Assembly (NCBI GenBank): GCA_963795855.1
Contig: CAWCIZ010000001.1
Span: forward strand, 64,001 to 128,000
Reading direction: 5' to 3'
DNA from: Vulcanimicrobiota bacterium
GTDB taxonomy: Bacteria; Vulcanimicrobiota; Vulcanimicrobiia; Vulcanimicrobiales; Vulcanimicrobiaceae
Length of the DNA: 64,000 nucleotides
The notes beneath the pieces are model-generated. The model was not told the origin of the DNA and made no database searches. It was given only the letters and a program-made list of their open reading frames with translations. The translations under genes were made by a program, and so were the position numbers. Below, one piece after another: positions 21,729-30,115 of the stretch (positions within the stretch are counted from its first letter, which is position 1; every line of letters starts with the position of its first letter).

Positions 21729-22823
21729 TTATCCTGCGACGCGGGCGGCGTTCTCGTGCAGTATGGCTGGCACATACGCGCACGTCGGCTCTTCCGCAAA
21801 CGCGTCGCCGGCCATCGTATAGGCGCGCGACCGTGAACCGCCGCAGAGCTGCCGAAACTCGCAGGCGCCGCATTTGCCGCCGAAAGTCTCGGGCGAGCGT
21901 AGCCGCCGCATCTCGGGGTCTCCCCGATACATCTCAAGTAAGTTGTCCGTTCGGACGTTCCCTACCGGATTGGGAAGGAAACCGCTGGGGCAAATTTCGC
22001 CGGTGTGCGAGATAAAGACGAACCCCTTGCCGTCGCCGATTGCCGGAAACTCCATCCACGGCTGGCGCGCGTGCGCCGGCCGTTCGAGCGCAGGGGCAGC
22101 CGCCTTTCGTTGCGCCACATATCGCCGAAAGTTTGGCGCCTCCGTCGTCTTTACAGCGAACCGCGACAGCCGCGAAATGCGGTACAGCACCCGAAACGCT
22201 TCCTCAGTCTCATTTGCATCCAAAACTTGGTCGGTTTCGCGCGCCCCACCGGAATCAGAAAGAACGCACTCCAGAGGACGGCATCGAGCCGCTCGACCAG
22301 CGCGGCAATCTGTATCAAGTCATGCGCGTTGAAGCGTGACACCGTGGTGTTGATCTGCAGTTCCATGCCGAGGTCGCGTACTGCCTGCGCTGCTTCTAGC
22401 GTGCGTTTGAAGGAACCGTTGACTCCGCGGAAGCGATCGTGCATCTCCGCTGTGGCGGCGTCGATGCTGAAGGAAATCCGTTTGCAGCCGGCCGCGACCG
22501 AGTCGCTCCAATGCCGCTCGCGTGAGGCGTCCCGTGGCGCTCGGGGAAGCGGCAACGCGCAAGCTGCGATAGGTCGCGTACTCAGCGATCTTATAGATGT
22601 CATCGCGCATCAGCGGATCGCCACCAGTTAAGACGAAAATCGGCTTGCCACATTGGCGCACGGCGTCGACCAGGCAAAATGCTTCTTGGGTAGTAAGTTC
22701 CGCCGGATTGCGATGGGCAATCGCTTCGGCGCGGCAATGCCGGCACGCAAGCGCGCACGCGCGGGTCATTTCCCAAATGACAATGCGCGGCGCATCAGAG
22801 TAAGTTTGAGAAAACAGCGCCAT
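21729..22823 (-). CDS. Radical SAM/SPASM protein, AhbC/AhbD/NirJ-like (frameshifts ~22500 and ~22225)
   Basis: WEMTRACALACRHC, LTGGDPL, FISHTGEICPSGFLP, CGACEFRQLCGGSRSRAY. Confidence 0.85.
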
Positions 22824-22897
22824 GGGGTCCAGCGTACGTGCCGCCTGCAGTGCGGAATGAGAACGCTGCGGGAAACACTTCCGCCAGGGCCGGATGG

Positions 22898-23552
22898 TTA
22901 TACCGCCCGCGTCCGATAGAACAAGAGGCTTAGTAACGCCGTGACGATCCAGAACACTCCGAGGTAGCCGACGATGCCGATGTTCCTTAGCTGCATGCTG
23001 CCCGTTGCGACACCGCTCAAACCGGCTAACGCGAGTATGCCGCTAAGGATCATCAGGAAACGGATCCAAGCCGCGAGCCGATTCCCGCTAAAGGCTGGAG
23101 CCGCGAACAGCATCGAAAGCGCGAAAAAGAAGTCCCAAGCTGAGGACATCGAGAGAATATGCAACTGATGGCCATTTGAAAGAAAAGAACAGTTGAAGCG
23201 ACGATTGCTCAAGAAAGACGGGCTGGCGGCCCAGGGTGAGGATAACGAAGTGCACGCTGCTCGTTATCGCGGCGACCACGCTCATGAAGACAATGGAAGC
23301 CAAACTCAGCGCTTTAGCGTTCAAAGGAGCCCAGGCATACACCGCAATCATAAGCGTAACCATGGCCGGCATCATGATAATGATGAGAACCTCGAGCACT
23401 GAGAACATTGGATCGCCGATGGGCTGCTGCGGAGACTTAAGAGATGCGAAACCTACCCCGAGCGTGATCGCATAGGCCACCTCGAGAGTCGCAACGCTCG
23501 CCGCCGAGAAAATTCCGAGCCGGCGCGCTGTTGAAGTAAATTCAGGACCCAC
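22898..23552 (-). CDS. Hypothetical membrane protein (frameshift ~23150)
   Basis: Two consecutive hydrophobic ORFs join (FKWPSVAY | AWDFFFALS). Confidence 0.6.
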
Positions 23553-23642
23553 GGCAGACGCCCCGCTTGAATTCGTTCTGCTCCCGTAGCTAGGGGGTTT
23601 CTTACTCAGAATTTCTCCGGGTTCGGTTTGGCCCGCAAGGAA

Positions 23643-23750
23643 TTACTTGCGCGCCTGGCCTACGCTTCGCGCAAGCTTCGGTATCCGTTCGGCCCCATAC
23701 AGTAACGTAGCGCCGCCGATGAGCAGCGCGATGATTTCCGAACTCAACAT
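23643..23750 (-). pseudogene. tatA: TatA/E family subunit with premature stop
   Basis: MLSSEIIALLIGGATLLYGAERIPKLARSVGQARK*FLAGQ; TAA falls where the E of the usual EF is expected. Confidence 0.65.
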
Positions 23751-24044
23751 GCTTGCGATGGTACCCCTATGCGAGACGCTTTGAGGAACGCTGTTCCTGC
23801 GACAAACATCGTTCGGTCTCACAGCGTTCCCATTTCTACCCTAACGCATCCTCGTCGATTCTCGCACGTCTCGTAGAGTCTTGCGTAGGCGCCGCGTTAT
23901 TCCCGCCGCGCATGAGGATTGTACAGTGCGCGAAGCGAACACGATCGACGTCGAAAGCGCCGGAGAATCGCTGGCAACCGTCGCGGTGGAGATGCCGGAG
24001 ATGCAGATGCCGCGCATTTCCTCGTTCATGATCGCGGTGCGCTG

Positions 24045-24716
24045 ATGCTTCCGCCGCTCGTCGAGCGCTATCTGCGCTTTGCGTGCCCGTCGAGCCGCGA
24101 CATCATCGGCGCGACCTTACAACAATCCGGAGCTCTACGCGCCGATAATCACGATCCGTGGATGAGATTCACTGCGAGGGAACATTTCACGCTCGATCCA
24201 ATCGCGTTCCACTGGGATGCGTGGGTGGCATCTGGCCCGGTGATGCGGGTTCGCGTGCGTGACAGTTACGAGCGCCATGCCGGCTCGTCGGGCGCATCGC
24301 TGTTCGGTGTCGTCCCTGTTGGCTCGCAGCGCCCGAGCCGCGAGTTAACCGAAGCGTCCTTGGTTCGCTTTCTCGCTGAGAGCGTTTGGATACCGCCGAT
24401 GCTGCGGGATGCGCGGATTCAGTGGCAAGAGTTGGCGCTGCGCAGGATGCGAGCGACGCTCCGCGATCGCCAGAACGCTGCATCGGTCGACTTCACGTTC
24501 GAGGAAAGTGGCGAGATATCACAAGCGGAGACAGAGCGCTATCGAGACGTTCACGGAACCGTTGTTCTCACTCCGTGGCGTGGCTATTTCGAGGAATACG
24601 AGCCGCTGAACGGCATGATGGTGCCAAGGGCGGCACATGTGCAGTGGCTTACAGCAGAAGGACCGGTCGAGGTGTGGCGCGGCCGAATCACCAGCGCTGC
24701 ATTCGCGTACCGCTAG
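24045..24716 (+). CDS. DUF6544-like hypothetical protein
   Basis: LPPLVERYLR, RFLAESVWIP, ERYRDV..TPW. Confidence 0.7.
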   Translation: MLPPLVERYLRFACPSSRDIIGATLQQSGALRADNHDPWMRFTAREHFTLDPIAFHWDAWVASGPVMRVRVRDSYERHAGSSGASLFGVVPVGSQRPSRELTEASLVRFLAESVWIPPMLRDARIQWQELALRRMRATLRDRQNAASVDFTFEESGEISQAETERYRDVHGTVVLTPWRGYFEEYEPLNGMMVPRAAHVQWLTAEGPVEVWRGRITSAAFAYR

Positions 24717-25192
24717 GAGACGGTACGTTTCGCGGCTTCTTCGCGGCGGTAGCGCGCCATTAACTCAGCAGCAATCTTCGCGAGTAGCGCCTGTACCGTG
24801 CTGCTTGCGATCTGTTTGCCGAGCGCCTTATCGAACAGCACGCCGGCCGCTCCGAGCGGCGCGGCGTAGGAACCGGTAAGCTCAAGAATGGCGCTATCAT
24901 AATCCTCATCCGCGCGGACCGTCAGCATGCCCGAAAAGGATGGATAAAAGCCGCCCGGTTCAGGCTCCCACCCGATGTACCAGGGTTCGTCGAAATGCAT
25001 CGGATCGGTGCCCACAGCGTAGCGTACGCGAACCCCTTTTTTGAGGTCGCCCTGGCCAACCGGCAGTGGCGCAGTGAGGATCAGGGGCTGCTCAGCGTGG
25101 CTTTTCGCAGCCTCCGACAGCGCTTCGTGCACGTATTCACGCGCTCGAACGTAGGGGCATGCCACGCGCAATGTTTCATTGATTGTCGCCAT
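24713..25192 (-). CDS. Hypothetical protein (SRPBCC-like paralogue family)
   Basis: YPSFSGMLTVR...LTGSYAAPLG...FDKALGKQIA. Confidence 0.75.
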   Translation of the reverse strand: MATINETLRVACPYVRAREYVHEALSEAAKSHAEQPLILTAPLPVGQGDLKKGVRVRYAVGTDPMHFDEPWYIGWEPEPGGFYPSFSGMLTVRADEDYDSAILELTGSYAAPLGAAGVLFDKALGKQIASSTVQALLAKIAAELMARYRREEAAKRTVS

Positions 25193-25424
25193 AACGCTTG
25201 CGATTGTAGCGTATCGCTGCGAACGCGCTGAGACTGCCGGCCTGCGCATGAGAACGAATGAAGAAACGAGCCGGCATTTCGCGCATCCCCTCGGCAGGGA
25301 GGGAACCGAGGTTGGTCCACCGTCGGGCGTACCATCGGCATGGCCAGCGGTGCCACTGCATAACATTGCGGCCGCGCCGCCTCGCAGTACCGGGAATGGC
25401 CACGTGGTGACGAAACGTTAGGCT

Positions 25425-26120
25425 GTGGCCAAACGTGTGCTCGTAGTTGAAGACGAAGCCGAGATCCGGGAGACGCTAGAGGGCTATCTCCGAAAGGATT
25501 CGTTCGATGCCGTAGGGGCCGGAACGGTGGCAGCGGCGTTGGCGGAGATAGAACAGCATCTGCCTGATCTGGTCCTTCTTGACATTGGATTGCCCGATGG
25601 CACCGGATTTGACGTGCTGCGGAAAACCAACGAACTGCGCCGCGTCCCGACGATCGTTCTCACGACGCGCAGCGACGAAGTCGATCGCATCGTGGGTCTA
25701 GAGTTAGGCGCGGATGATTACATCGGCAAACCATTTTCGCCGCGCGAAGTGATGGCGCGCATTCGCGCCCTGTTTCGGCGGCTAGACGCGGTTGCCGCCA
25801 CGGCGCAACTGCCGGGAGCGGTGCACCGCATTCGCGACCTCGAAATCAATGAGGCGGCACACGAGGTCCGCGTGCAGGGGAAAGCCGTCGACGTGCGTCC
25901 CGCAGAGTTCCGCATTTTGGCCCTGCTGGCAAGACACGCCGGCCAAGTGCTCTCGCGTCCGCAGATGCTGGATCTGCTCCACGATGATGGGAGCATCTTT
26001 GAGCGCACGCTGGATCGTCATATCAATCATCTGCGCCACAAAATCGAGTCAGATCCGGAGAAGCCGACCTATCTCGTGACGGTGTACGGCGTGGGCTACA
26101 AGATTGATCCGTGCACATAA
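25425..26120 (+). CDS. OmpR/PhoB-family response regulator
   Basis: VLVVEDE, LELGADDYIGKPF, RTLDRHINHLRHK, VYGVGYK. Confidence 0.95.
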   Translation: MAKRVLVVEDEAEIRETLEGYLRKDSFDAVGAGTVAAALAEIEQHLPDLVLLDIGLPDGTGFDVLRKTNELRRVPTIVLTTRSDEVDRIVGLELGADDYIGKPFSPREVMARIRALFRRLDAVAATAQLPGAVHRIRDLEINEAAHEVRVQGKAVDVRPAEFRILALLARHAGQVLSRPQMLDLLHDDGSIFERTLDRHINHLRHKIESDPEKPTYLVTVYGVGYKIDPCT

Positions 26121-26122
26121 AA

Positions 26123-26317
26123 ATGAACGAACACGTCGCAGCAGTCAAAAAAGCACGCCATGACCTTGGCAATTTATTGACGATCGCGCAGTCTTCCGTC
26201 GAGGGCATGCTCGATGGAATCGCTCCGATAACTGAAACGCGCTTAAACCGGTTGCGTGAAATTCTATCCCAGGCTCGCGAGCTTCTCGATGAAATAACAG
26301 CGCAATCACTTGAATAA
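26123..26317 (+). CDS. Stand-alone HisKA/DHp-like small protein
   Basis: ARHDLGNLLTIAQSSVEGMLDG two-helix pattern; no ATPase domain. Confidence 0.55.
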   Translation: MNEHVAAVKKARHDLGNLLTIAQSSVEGMLDGIAPITETRLNRLREILSQARELLDEITAQSLE

Positions 26318-26674
26318 GGCGCCGTTGGGATTCCGCGCTTCCGAGAAACGTGAGGGCACGCGCTGGACGCACTGGAACCAGCGACCGCTGATTTACGATC
26401 AGCGCGCGGCGAGGTTGGGGCAACGCGCTGTGAAGCTCTGCCAGCGGCCTTACAACGGCGGGGGCCTGCCTGCTTGTCTATTCGTCTCTTCAGAAGTGCT
26501 CTACGTTTGGATGCGCCTAATGCCGCGTCAATGGTACGACGGCTACTTGACCGCGAGGTTGGGTTTGTTGGTCTCTCCAACAGTGTGGTCAGCGCTTAAC
26601 CAATTCCGCGATGTAGATTCCCTCGTCGAATAATTACGCGCAGCACATGAGCAACGATCGGTTGAGACGAAGCG

Positions 26675-27448
26675 TTGCGCCCAGTGATACTGAATGACGT
26701 CGAGCGCCAGCGTTATACAGCATTCCGCCATAGTTCAAGGTTCAACCAAGAACGCTTCACTGCGCGGCGCGTCGCCCTGAACGCGGCACCGCAAACATCG
26801 CAGATGCCGGCAACATTACCGGATGGTTCGCTGTCGCGTAACTGGTTAACCGTCGTGCACTTCAACGTTACGACCTCCGATCTCGCTCGACTGGAACGTC
26901 TGGAGCGGAAAATTCGGCAGCGTTCGCGGTGGCCGGTTCGCGATATAAGCCGTTCCGGGCAGTACGTGCCCGTACAAGTGCGCCCCGGCGTGACCGTTCT
27001 GCGCCTCGCAGAAACCGTCGGTACCGCAGGGCCGAACGTCCAAATCCGTTTGCAGATAAGCGGACCCGACGTAATTTTTTCGTTACCGGACGTACTGCCG
27101 ATTTGTTTGATTGTGCTGATTGTCGTTGGTTTCGGCGCTTCGGAACGCGCAAGCGCCGACGTCTTTGCGTTTCCACCGGGCATGCATCCCGCAATCGTTT
27201 TTAGTCAGATCCTCGCGCTGACGCTGTTCGCATGCTTCTTGTTTGCGTACGCGCACGAGAGTTCTTTGACGAAGAACCTCGGGATGCTGGTGCTCGACGC
27301 CGCAGTTTGCGTGAATACGATGCGGTGGTTGTGGCTCTCGAAACTGTATTGGAACGGTGCGCGAACGTTGCGCATTACTCGTCGCGCAATCATGGCGGTC
27401 GGCGTTGCACTCACGGTCGCGGGAGTCTTCGTCGCGACGAACGGATAA
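26675..27448 (+). CDS. Hypothetical membrane protein; start uncertain
   Basis: Four hydrophobic segments in the C-terminal half. Confidence 0.5.
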   Translation: MRPVILNDVERQRYTAFRHSSRFNQERFTARRVALNAAPQTSQMPATLPDGSLSRNWLTVVHFNVTTSDLARLERLERKIRQRSRWPVRDISRSGQYVPVQVRPGVTVLRLAETVGTAGPNVQIRLQISGPDVIFSLPDVLPICLIVLIVVGFGASERASADVFAFPPGMHPAIVFSQILALTLFACFLFAYAHESSLTKNLGMLVLDAAVCVNTMRWLWLSKLYWNGARTLRITRRAIMAVGVALTVAGVFVATNG

Positions 27449-27450
27449 AG

Positions 27451-28632
27451 CTAAGCCGCGCTGTCCGCGGGAACCGGACCTTCGCTCGTGCGCGGACTCT
27501 TGCTGCCGCGATTTCCGAGAATCCACGCCGCCGCCACCGCAATCGCCGGAAGCACGCCGATCAAGCGCGCTTGCTCACCGACGATCGCCGTTCCGATCGC
27601 CGGTGCGAGAATCAGCGCGACGGAATTCACCGAGTCGCTCACGCCCATGATCGCGCCGCGTTCCGATTCCGGCGCTCGCTTTGCGAGCAGCGCCATGAGC
27701 GTCGGCTCCGCCATCGCCGCGCCTGCAGCCCAAAGGATGAGCACCGGAAAAAACCACGCGAGCGATTGAACGAAATAGATGAGCGCGTACGATGCGAAAA
27801 GGAGCGCGAATCCGATCTGGCCGACGACCCGATCCCCGAAGCGTTTGGTCATCGGCGTGACTGCGATGAGTATGGTCGCTCCGCCGATCACACCCGCGCC
27901 CGCAAGCAGCCAACTCGCGCGTTGAACGGTCGCGTGAACGGCGTGATCGAGATACAGCGCGAAGTCGGCAAGCAAGTAAACGACCGCGAAAACGAACAGA
28001 AACTGACGCATCAGGACCACGCGCACCGCGGGTTTCCACGCCTCGCGTATCGACTTTTTGACGCTGGTCTGCTCCCGCTTCTCTCGCGTGCGCCACGGAA
28101 GGAGCCACAGCGTTATGCCGATGTTGATCACCTCCAGCCCCGCCGCGATGAAAAACGGAAACTGCAGGCCGTACCGCTGCAAGAACCCCGCCGCGATCGG
28201 TCCGACGATGAACGCCGATCCGAAGACGGCTCCGTATACGGCGTACGCTCGATCGCGCTGTTTTTTGTCGGTTACATCGGCGATGTACGATTCCGCGGCG
28301 CCCAAACTCCCGGCGCCCGTTCCGGAAATAAGCCTCGAAACGTAGATCCAGAACAGTGAATGCGAGAGCGCCAGCATCGCGTAACCGACCAGCGAAAAGC
28401 CTTGCGCGATGAGAATGATCGACTTGCGGCCCGCGTGATCGCTGAATTTCCCCCACACGGGCGCCGCGATCGTCGCGCAGAACGCCGGAATGCTCAGGAG
28501 CATCCCGACCATCCAATCGTGCGCGCCGTAGTGCTTGGCCATTGCCGGCAGAAGCGGGATGAGCAGCGTATACCCGAGCATGTCCATGAACGTCGTGAGG
28601 TAGATCGGGAAAACGTCTTTCGGCAGGCCCAC
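27451..28632 (-). CDS. MFS transporter (TetA-like)
   Basis: GKFSDHAGRK, YIADVT, about 12 TMs. Confidence 0.9.
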   Translation of the reverse strand: MGLPKDVFPIYLTTFMDMLGYTLLIPLLPAMAKHYGAHDWMVGMLLSIPAFCATIAAPVWGKFSDHAGRKSIILIAQGFSLVGYAMLALSHSLFWIYVSRLISGTGAGSLGAAESYIADVTDKKQRDRAYAVYGAVFGSAFIVGPIAAGFLQRYGLQFPFFIAAGLEVINIGITLWLLPWRTREKREQTSVKKSIREAWKPAVRVVLMRQFLFVFAVVYLLADFALYLDHAVHATVQRASWLLAGAGVIGGATILIAVTPMTKRFGDRVVGQIGFALLFASYALIYFVQSLAWFFPVLILWAAGAAMAEPTLMALLAKRAPESERGAIMGVSDSVNSVALILAPAIGTAIVGEQARLIGVLPAIAVAAAWILGNRGSKSPRTSEGPVPADSAA

Positions 28633-28675
28633 GCCACGGGATGTACCCACGTCAAAACCGGGAAGAACGGAGAAC

Positions 28676-29158
28676 ATGTGGGACCACGGTGTGCTCATCG
28701 AATCGGCGCGCATCAACCTGCTGCAGGGCGTCATCGCCGGAATTTGCGGCGGCGCCGCGATGGCGCTCACGATGATGGCGTTGAGCCGCGCCGTCGGTCA
28801 GTCGCCCTGGACGATGGCAAAACGTCTCGCGGGCGTACTGCTCGGACCGAGTGCAAAAGATGGCGGTCCCCCGGTTATCGCACTCGGCTTTGCGATGCAC
28901 GTCGTCTTCTCGGCCGGTTTCGGCGCGCTCTTTGCAGTCGTTGCCGATCGGCTGACTCACGAGTTTTGGATGACGGGCGTCGCGTATGCGCTCACGTTAT
29001 GGGTGATAAATTTCTGGGGCGCGCAAATCACGCCGGGCGGGCGCGCGATGAGCGAAGCCGCATGGGCGTGGCTCAGCCCGATCGCGCACATCGTGTACGG
29101 CGGCGTGATGGCGGCGATTGCAGTAGTGTTCGCGGCGGCGGCGATGGGGAGCGGATGA
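28676..29158 (+). CDS. Membrane protein with conserved-looking His residues
   Basis: Four TMs, MHVVFS, AHIVYG. Confidence 0.7.
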   Translation: MWDHGVLIESARINLLQGVIAGICGGAAMALTMMALSRAVGQSPWTMAKRLAGVLLGPSAKDGGPPVIALGFAMHVVFSAGFGALFAVVADRLTHEFWMTGVAYALTLWVINFWGAQITPGGRAMSEAAWAWLSPIAHIVYGGVMAAIAVVFAAAAMGSG

Positions 29159-29367
29159 TGGACCGGTACACCAAACACGATCTCGTGCAGAAGCTCGGCG
29201 AACCGGCCGAAGAAAACGTGCGCCCGACGTTGAGCGAGCCCGGCAAACCGATGAGCGTTTTGCGCTGGAACTGCGGATGCGGCGCGGCGAAACTGCAGGA
29301 CGATCAGCTCTGGGAATGGGATCCCGGCGACTGCACGGCTCACGCAGCCGGCCCGCCCGAAACGTAA
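29155..29367 (+). CDS. Small Cys/His protein
   Basis: ATGA overlap with upstream gene; WNCGC ... CTAH. Confidence 0.55.
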   Translation: MMDRYTKHDLVQKLGEPAEENVRPTLSEPGKPMSVLRWNCGCGAAKLQDDQLWEWDPGDCTAHAAGPPET

Positions 29368-29370
29368 AGA

Positions 29371-29398
29371 AAGAGCGCGGTTGAAACACCGCGCTCTT
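29371..29398. terminator. Bidirectional terminator hairpin
   Basis: aagagcgcggt/accgcgctctt between convergent genes. Confidence 0.7.
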
Positions 29399-29412
29399 CG
29401 AATCAGCCTCGT

Positions 29413-29886
29413 CTAGGCTTTCTTTTTGCGCCCGCCTTTGCGGCGTCCACCGCTCTTGCGGCCGCCCTTGCGGCCCGCGGCAGCTTTGCGCGACGACTTG
29501 CGTCCGCCCGCGCTCTTTTTGCGTCCGCCGGTTTTCTTGCGTCCGCCGGTTTTCTTGCGTCCGCCGGTTTTCTTGCGTCCGCCGGTTTTCTTGCGTCCGC
29601 CGGTTTTCTTGCGTCCGCCGGTTTTCTTGCGTCCGCCGGTTTTCTTGCGTCCGCCGGTCTTCTTACGTCCGCCGGTCTTCTTACGTCCGCCGGTGCTCTT
29701 CTTACGACCGCCGGTGCTCTTCTTGCGACCGCCGGTGCTCTTTTTGCGTCCGGCGCTGCTCTTCTTACGGCCGCCCGTTGATTTGCGGCCGGCAGCTTTT
29801 TTACGTCCGCCCTTACGGCGTCCGCCGCGTCGCGATGAGCTTTCGTCGCCCATCGTTCCGCCGTTCTGCATCATGTCAGAATCCAT
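29413..29886 (-). CDS. Highly basic Lys/Arg/Gly repeat (histone-like) protein
   Basis: GGAGG RBS, 157 aa, (RKKTGG)9 plus RKKSTGG units. Confidence 0.85.
   Translation of the reverse strand: MDSDMMQNGGTMGDESSSRRGGRRKGGRKKAAGRKSTGGRKKSSAGRKKSTGGRKKSTGGRKKSTGGRKKTGGRKKTGGRKKTGGRKKTGGRKKTGGRKKTGGRKKTGGRKKTGGRKKTGGRKKSAGGRKSSRKAAAGRKGGRKSGGRRKGGRKKKA
29521..29682. repeat. 18-bp tandem repeat x9 (coding)
   Basis: gcgtccgccggttttctt: 7 identical copies plus 2 synonymous variants. Confidence 0.95.
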
Positions 29887-30078
29887 TCTTCCTCCCTTCG
29901 TCCCCCCGGGGGACGAACTTGAGATGGTGGACAGCGCGAAATAGCGCTTTGTGCGCATCATAAGTAATTTTTGCAAGAATTGCAAATTTTGGTAGGATTT
30001 GCGCTTGACGATTATCCGCCGGATGCGTTATCACGCGTACGCGCGCGCGCAAAATGTGCGATTGGCGGACGGCCCGGT

Positions 30079-30108
30079 TTGCCCCGGGGTTGACCGCGGC
30101 GGTATACT
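30079..30108 (+). promoter_or_regulatory. Sigma70-type promoter for a probably leaderless topA
   Basis: TTGCCC-N18-TATACT, 7 nt before GTG, no SD. Confidence 0.55.
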
Positions 30109-30115
30109 AAGCCCC

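Noticed and set aside
26310..26670. ORFs in the AT-richer spacer
   Set aside because: No motifs, atypical codon use, no clear RBS
4967..27450. Active integrative element or prophage
   Set aside because: No integrase, transposase, phage genes or att duplication of the tRNA 3' end seen
29521..29682. CRISPR array
   Set aside because: Units are contiguous with no spacers, lie in frame within a protein, and no cas genes are present
29426..29944. Plus-strand (RPPVFL)n ORF
   Set aside because: Antisense shadow; the minus strand has the RBS and the synonymous variation
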